DNA of 64,000 bases from Candidatus Hermodarchaeota archaeon. Lineage in GTDB: Archaea; Asgardarchaeota; Hermodarchaeia; Hermodarchaeales; Hermodarchaeaceae. The DNA lies in assembly GCA_016839805.1 (NCBI GenBank), contig JAEOTO010000032.1, forward strand, positions 206,725 to 270,724, written 5' to 3'. The position numbers and the translations under genes are program-made. Under the pieces are notes generated by a model. It worked only from the letters and a program-made list of their open reading frames with translations. It did no database searches and was not told the origin of the DNA. Below are positions 58,944 through 64,000 of this stretch, piece by piece. Within the stretch, counting starts at the first letter, position 1, and every line of letters starts with the position of its first letter.

Positions 58944-60485
58944 ATGCCAGCTACGCGAGCTTTGTTAGCAGAAGAAATGGCTGCTATCGAATTGAATACA
59001 GAATTCTTAGGAGTTAGCCGATTACTTCAAATGGAAAACGCAGGTCGTGCCGTCGCCCATGAAATCCTTCGGCGTTTTAAACAATTACCAACTGTTGCAA
59101 TTTTTGCTGGCCTAGGTGGCAATGGAGGAGATGGATTCGTTACAGCTCGACATCTTGCTCCCAGTTGTCGAAAAGTTCACTTGATAATATTAGGGAATCC
59201 GTCTACCATTGAAAATACTCCCGCTGCAAAAAATTGGGAAATCATCCGAAAAATGCGCCATTCAATAGAGCTCTATATTGTTCAGGATACCTCAGAACTA
59301 CCAAAATTAACTACAACAGTGGTTGTTGACGCACTCCTTGGTACTGGTGTGAAAGGAAAACCACGGCCTCCTCTCATTAAAACCTTGCAAATAATGAATC
59401 AAATGGAAGGATTCAAGATTGCCATTGATGTGCCAACGGGAATCCATCCTAATACCGGTGAACCTACCACAAAAGATGCATTTCAACCCGATTTAACCAT
59501 AACTTTTCATCGTGCAAAGGTCGGATTAGTGAAAAACAAGAAAAATGTGGGAAAACTAGTAGTTGCTGATATTGGTATTCCACCAGAAGCTGAAATATAT
59601 GTGGGACCTGGCGACGTTATTCGAGCCACAAAACCTCGTCCCTTTTTTACGAAAAAAGGTGATTTTGGCCGCTTGCTTGTAATTGGGGGTAGTCCGAAGT
59701 TTATTGGCGCCCCTATTCTTGCCTCAATTGGTGCGCTTCGAAGCGGCGTGGATCTCGTATACTTAGCTGCCCCATCACATGTAATTGCAGCTGCCACCTG
59801 TCAATCCCCTGATATTATTCCTATTAATTTGGAAACAGAACAATTGGGTAACGATGATATTCCCCTTATTGAAGATACCCTTACCAATGTGCAAGCCGCT
59901 CTAATTGGTCCAGGGCTAGGGGATCACCATGAAACACTCGATACGATAGGAAAGATACTCTCTATTACAAACCGATTGAAAAAACCCTTAGTAATTGATG
60001 CAGACGCTCTAAAAACGGTGTCTCGGGTCATGAAGATTGGCCCGAACACCATTATCACTCCTCACGCAGGTGAGTTCAAACGCATCAGAGGGATTGAAGT
60101 AGCAAAACCCCTACTCAGACGAGCACAACAAGTACGAGATTTAGCAAAAACGCTCAAATGTGTAGTTTTACTAAAAGGTCCTGTTGACATCACTTCCACA
60201 TCCAAAGAGACGAGACTAAACTGGACAGGACACCCGGTCATGAGTGTAGGTGGTACAGGCGATGTACTCGCTGGTTTGGTTGCTGGATTCCGGGCTCAGG
60301 GAATAAGCTCATTTCTTAGCGCGTGCGTCGGAGCCTTTACTAATGGAGCTGCAGGACTTTTAGCCTATCAAGACAAGGGACCCGGCTTAATTGCGTTTGA
60401 CTTGGGGGATTACATTCCGAAAGTGTTAGCCAATCCAATGGCAAGTCCCATTGCCTATAGTCGTCGAATTCCCGTAGATGAATAA
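58944..60485 (+). CDS. nnr: Bifunctional NAD(P)HX epimerase/dehydratase
   Basis: MENAG, GNGGDG, DALLGTG, DVPTG, GPGLG, DADA, TPHAGEF, GGTGDVLAG. Confidence 0.94.
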   Translation: MPATRALLAEEMAAIELNTEFLGVSRLLQMENAGRAVAHEILRRFKQLPTVAIFAGLGGNGGDGFVTARHLAPSCRKVHLIILGNPSTIENTPAAKNWEIIRKMRHSIELYIVQDTSELPKLTTTVVVDALLGTGVKGKPRPPLIKTLQIMNQMEGFKIAIDVPTGIHPNTGEPTTKDAFQPDLTITFHRAKVGLVKNKKNVGKLVVADIGIPPEAEIYVGPGDVIRATKPRPFFTKKGDFGRLLVIGGSPKFIGAPILASIGALRSGVDLVYLAAPSHVIAAATCQSPDIIPINLETEQLGNDDIPLIEDTLTNVQAALIGPGLGDHHETLDTIGKILSITNRLKKPLVIDADALKTVSRVMKIGPNTIITPHAGEFKRIRGIEVAKPLLRRAQQVRDLAKTLKCVVLLKGPVDITSTSKETRLNWTGHPVMSVGGTGDVLAGLVAGFRAQGISSFLSACVGAFTNGAAGLLAYQDKGPGLIAFDLGDYIPKVLANPMASPIAYSRRIPVDE

Positions 60486-60496
60486 CTCAAAGACCC

Positions 60497-61030
60497 TCAC
60501 GCTTCTTCGGTAAAAACATCCGGCATATACGCACGCTGGCGTTTAACGATCTCGTAACTATTCGCTGCACTTTGATAATCAGAAAGAGGATCAGCGTTAA
60601 GATCAAAGAAATGAGGACCCCACTTAAAGAGCTTAAGAAGCGATTTTGCATCCGTCGGATATCCTAAAATAAATAAAGCGGCTGCGGCTGCTTCAGCCGT
60701 GCTCAGCTTTCCTACTTTTCCGTAATTAACCGGGTTCGCAGCTACTAAGTAAGGCAGGCACCGTGATTCTCCACGCAAACGGTTTTGGAACTTTTCAATG
60801 GCATCTTTCCAAGAACAGTCTAACACTAATATTCCCATTTTTTCTGCCTGAACTCGGTCACCCGGCGAAAATGCCCTTGATACAAAGGGATTCAAAATAA
60901 TCGGTCGACCCCGAATTTGCCGTGGACTACGAAATAATCGAACCAGTCCATGCCGTGCTAATTTCAAAGCACTGCATTTTTTCGGGTCACAACCCGGAAG
61001 CCTTAACACTAGAATTTGTGGTACTGTCAC
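60497..61030 (-). CDS. tsr3: 16S rRNA aminocarboxypropyltransferase Tsr3
   Basis: CDPKKCS, LDCSW, LPYLVAANPVNYG, FKWG; start moved to GTG 61030 because the longer ORF overlaps RNase P RNA. Confidence 0.92.
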   Translation of the reverse strand: MTVPQILVLRLPGCDPKKCSALKLARHGLVRLFRSPRQIRGRPIILNPFVSRAFSPGDRVQAEKMGILVLDCSWKDAIEKFQNRLRGESRCLPYLVAANPVNYGKVGKLSTAEAAAAALFILGYPTDAKSLLKLFKWGPHFFDLNADPLSDYQSAANSYEIVKRQRAYMPDVFTEEA

Positions 61031-61062
61031 TGTTCTCCACCAATAAGAGAAAAGGTGCGGTC

Positions 61063-61439
61063 CAGTGATAAGAATAGCCCATCTTCTGTTCAACCATGTG
61101 AGTTACCTTACATGGCTTGACGGCATCTAGCTAAGCACCCTACCCGACACCTCAGCAGGCGCCTCATCGGTGGCCTATTTGGGCTTGCTCCCACGGTGAT
61201 AGGCCGTTTCATCGGTTCCAACGCCGTCCTCAACAGGTTAACCAGTGTACTGTTACCAGCACACTGCTTAGATTAACCTTGGATTAATCCTCTACTGCAT
61301 CATCGTCATCTCAGCGATGGTCGTGTCGTTGCTGTTCCTAGAGCAGAATTCTCATTCTACGGCTCACGCCGTACCGTTGCCTGTAGGAGGATGGAGCTTC
61401 CTCAGACGCTGTGCGTCCGGCAGCCGTCCTTTATCACTG
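61063..61439 (-). ncRNA. rnpB: RNase P RNA
   Basis: P1 CAGTGATAA/TTATCACTG; CR-I GAGGAAGCTCCATC pairs with CR-V AACAGAAGATGGGCT; internal TGAAACGG and GAGCAAG motifs. Confidence 0.93.
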
Positions 61440-61573
61440 AACCACGATGTACAGTTTAACTGCGTATTATTTGACTGTTACGTGTCATGTTCAAATCACG
61501 CGATAAAATCATGGCAATAGAGCAAAATTCAATTTAGTGAACGCTATGAAATCACTTAATGAAGTGAACAGTT

Positions 61574-62230
61574 GTGCAGCAAAATAAGGAACAGATACGT
61601 GTATTGCAAATAGTTGCTATTCTAGAAGCTCATTACCCCCAAGAACCATTGATGCCCAAAGCCCATACTCCGCTAGAATACTTAGTCGCAACTATGCTTT
61701 CAGCGCAGTCAACGGATGTTCAAGTTAATCAGGTGACTATTCGGTTATTCAAGAAATATCGCACACCAGAAGATTACGCCTTCGCTGACCCACTAGAACT
61801 ACAACAAGATATTTTTCGCGTTGGATACTATCGGCAAAAAACAAAGCATCTTCAAGCCTCTTGTCGAATGTTAATCGAAGAGTTTAATGGTCAAGTTCCC
61901 AATTCAATGGAGGAATTGATCAGGTTACCCGGCGTGGGGCGAAAAACCGCAAATATTGTTCTTAACCGAGTATTTGGCATCGTTGAGGGTATCGCTGTAG
62001 ACACACATGTTTTTCGAATATCAAGACGACTTGGGCTCAGTGAAGAACGCAATCCTGAAAAAGTAGAGAGAGACTTGATGGAACTTTTACCCCGAAAACA
62101 ATGGGGTCGCGTTAATCGACTTTTCATTGCTCATGGTCGGAGTTTGTGTACTGCACGGAATCCACAATGTTTTATTTGTCCTTTGAATGCTCTCTGTCCA
62201 TACGCTGCTGAACAAACCCTTACAACCTAA
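61574..62230 (+). CDS. nth: Endonuclease III
   Basis: LSAQSTD, LPGVGRKTAN, VDTHV, CxxxxxxCxxCxxxxxC. Confidence 0.95.
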   Translation: MQQNKEQIRVLQIVAILEAHYPQEPLMPKAHTPLEYLVATMLSAQSTDVQVNQVTIRLFKKYRTPEDYAFADPLELQQDIFRVGYYRQKTKHLQASCRMLIEEFNGQVPNSMEELIRLPGVGRKTANIVLNRVFGIVEGIAVDTHVFRISRRLGLSEERNPEKVERDLMELLPRKQWGRVNRLFIAHGRSLCTARNPQCFICPLNALCPYAAEQTLTT

Positions 62231-62314
62231 GTTCAACTCTTTTCATTACCTCTCAGATCATGACGACAGCTTTAAAGGCGATATTCAGCAACTAGCGATT
62301 AGCGGGGTATCACT

Positions 62315-62875
62315 TTGACAACCGACACCCCAAATCAGTATCGTTTCAAAATCATTGTTTGCGGTGATTGGGCCGTTGGCAAAACCTCCCTTATCCGTCG
62401 GTTTGCTACTGACACCTTCACTCATGATTATTTAACAACAATTGCCGTGAACATTGTAAAAAAAGAATTATTTGTCGATGGCTTCAATATTGATTTACAG
62501 ATGTGGGACACTGGCGGTCAGGAACGATTCAGCCATCTACGCAAACGGTATTATCGGGGAGCAGAAGGCGTAATCTTCCTATTTGATATAACACGTCCAG
62601 ATTCGTATCGGAATATCGAGAAGCGGTGGATCCCTGAGGTTGATGAGGTTATCGAAGACTACATTCCTGCAGTATGGGCAACGAAAGCCGACCTTGTTGA
62701 TCAACGCGTGGTAAGTACCACTTCAGGCGATCGCTTGGCACGCCGGCTGAAGGCTTATTTCTTCGAAACTTCAGCGTTAACAGCGCAAAATGTAGAGAAG
62801 GCTTTTACTAGTTTATCACGGCTCATATTGAGTAAGGTATTGACCTCTTCGAAAAAAAGGAAAATAGTTTCATAG
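62315..62875 (+). CDS. Rab-like small GTPase (Ras superfamily)
   Basis: GDWAVGKTS, WDTGGQERF, YYRGA, TKAD, ETSA. Confidence 0.92.
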   Translation: MTTDTPNQYRFKIIVCGDWAVGKTSLIRRFATDTFTHDYLTTIAVNIVKKELFVDGFNIDLQMWDTGGQERFSHLRKRYYRGAEGVIFLFDITRPDSYRNIEKRWIPEVDEVIEDYIPAVWATKADLVDQRVVSTTSGDRLARRLKAYFFETSALTAQNVEKAFTSLSRLILSKVLTSSKKRKIVS

Positions 62876-62948
62876 TCTAGGTCCTTTTGAATGCTCGAGA
62901 AACACAGCTTAATAGCCGATAAGCGGCTATGCTTATTGCCGAGGTGAA

Positions 62949-63767
62949 CTGGCAACGCCAAAGAAGAAAATCCATCGAGACCAGAATAGGCTTAACGCAT
63001 TAGATGGAAAAACCTGGACGCGTTATTCCATTAGCATTTGGGATGTTAGTAAAACTTCTGAAGAATCTGGATTGCAGCATCCGGCTTTGTTCCCTCAAAA
63101 ACTTGTTCAGCGCTTATTAGAAATTTATACAAAACCCGGTGACACCATTCTCGATCCATTCATGGGTGCAGGAAGCACACTAGTTGCCGCCCAACAATTA
63201 AATCGATCTAGTATCGGCTTTGAAATTGTCCCACATTTTATCAAAACAGCTCAAAAACGGCTCGACAATATTCCAATGAAAATGGGTCAACTAGCCAAAC
63301 CCATTATCCATGCAGAGGATGCTCGAAACCTAGTACAGCTTGTAAATCCAAACTCGATAGATATGGTTGTGACTTCCCCCCCGTATTGGGATATTCATCG
63401 TCAACGACGTACCGCGGATAGAAAGGATTCCCGTCCCTACTCTTCTTCCTTCCAAGACATGGGAAACATCTCATCCTATACTGAGTTTCTCAATGCATTA
63501 GACACTGTAGCAAAGCAACTATTCACCGTAACCAAACCAGACCGATGGTGCGCTCTTATTGTAATGGACCTCCGCAAAAAGAAACACTTCTATCCATTTC
63601 ACATCGACTGTGTACAATTATGGAAAAGTAATGGCTTCGAATTGGAGGATATAATAATCTGGGATCGTCGTAGCGAGTATCATAATCTTCGACCCCTTGG
63701 TTACCCAACAGTATTTCGTGTCAATAAAGTGCATGAATACATCCTGCTCTTCCGCAAGCCTGCTTGA
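62949..63767 (+). CDS. Amino-(N4-C/N6-A) DNA methyltransferase
   Basis: HPALFP, DPFMGAGST, TSPPY, HEYIL; the frame is open 41 codons upstream of the track start (NRLNALDGKTWTRYSISIW); start codon uncertain. Confidence 0.85.
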   Translation: MATPKKKIHRDQNRLNALDGKTWTRYSISIWDVSKTSEESGLQHPALFPQKLVQRLLEIYTKPGDTILDPFMGAGSTLVAAQQLNRSSIGFEIVPHFIKTAQKRLDNIPMKMGQLAKPIIHAEDARNLVQLVNPNSIDMVVTSPPYWDIHRQRRTADRKDSRPYSSSFQDMGNISSYTEFLNALDTVAKQLFTVTKPDRWCALIVMDLRKKKHFYPFHIDCVQLWKSNGFELEDIIIWDRRSEYHNLRPLGYPTVFRVNKVHEYILLFRKPA

Positions 63768-63822
63768 TGAGTCACCAAACCTTAAGTATCTCAACTCATG
63801 AACTAGCAAGGAGGAACCGACC

Positions 63823-64000
63823 ATAACCACTACTGAATCGGAAGGCGATGTTGCCTGGGAAGGCGCATTAACTTGCCCTTGTGGACGCCCCTATATTTTA
63901 CTAAAAGTTGATGAAGTTCAAGTGTCAAAAAACCGTGAACTTCAGCCCCTAGCCGCATACGTGCGCTGCCCAATCCATCGAAGAGTTCGCCGCCTTTTCC
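63823..64000 (+). CDS. Partial Cys/His-motif (putative Zn-binding) protein running off the window
   Basis: SD GGAGG, then ATA-initiated open frame ...LTCPCGRP...VRCPIH. Confidence 0.55.
   Translation, partial: MTTTESEGDVAWEGALTCPCGRPYILLKVDEVQVSKNRELQPLAAYVRCPIHRRVRRLF

Noticed and set aside
1-64000. CRISPR array, rRNA operon or replication origin
   Set aside because: No regularly spaced repeats, rRNA signatures, cdc6 gene or ORB boxes were seen.

Overview
Core-genome segment of an archaeon, most likely an Asgard lineage. That assignment is an inference from PolD DP1/DP2, aRF1, Elf1, Hef, A-type ATPase, Sec61beta, a Rab-like small GTPase and a GIFT-domain protein. Most of the window is housekeeping: valS, aRF1, pyrH, gcvT, folP, a cofE homologue, atpF/A/B, Lhr, RPA, PolD, glyA, por operon, Hef, Nnr, Tsr3, RNase P RNA and nth. 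AtpA and DP2 each carry a LAGLIDADG intein. Four things go beyond the ORF track. (1) At 4.0-8.3 kb, two paralogous ~580-aa HTH/Lrp-like proteins are interleaved with three unannotated Pro-rich micro-ORFs (MYPLPGEEIGPLGVCPFPY, MYPPQHPFPY, MWPPRRPDPHDI). Each has an SD, two share a homologous 5' UTR, and the shared residues use synonymous codons. This is a candidate peptide-signalling or peptide-modification system. (2) An unidentified ~180-nt structured RNA lies next to that locus. (3) The tRNAs are heavily intron-interrupted (11 introns in 8 complete genes), including a tRNA-Pro(CGG) that parses into four BHB-type introns with a 6-nt exon. (4) A solo TnpB with an altered RuvC-III has a predicted omegaRNA that abuts the orphan 5' half of a tRNA-Gly gene. 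All calls were made by eye; no database searches were run.
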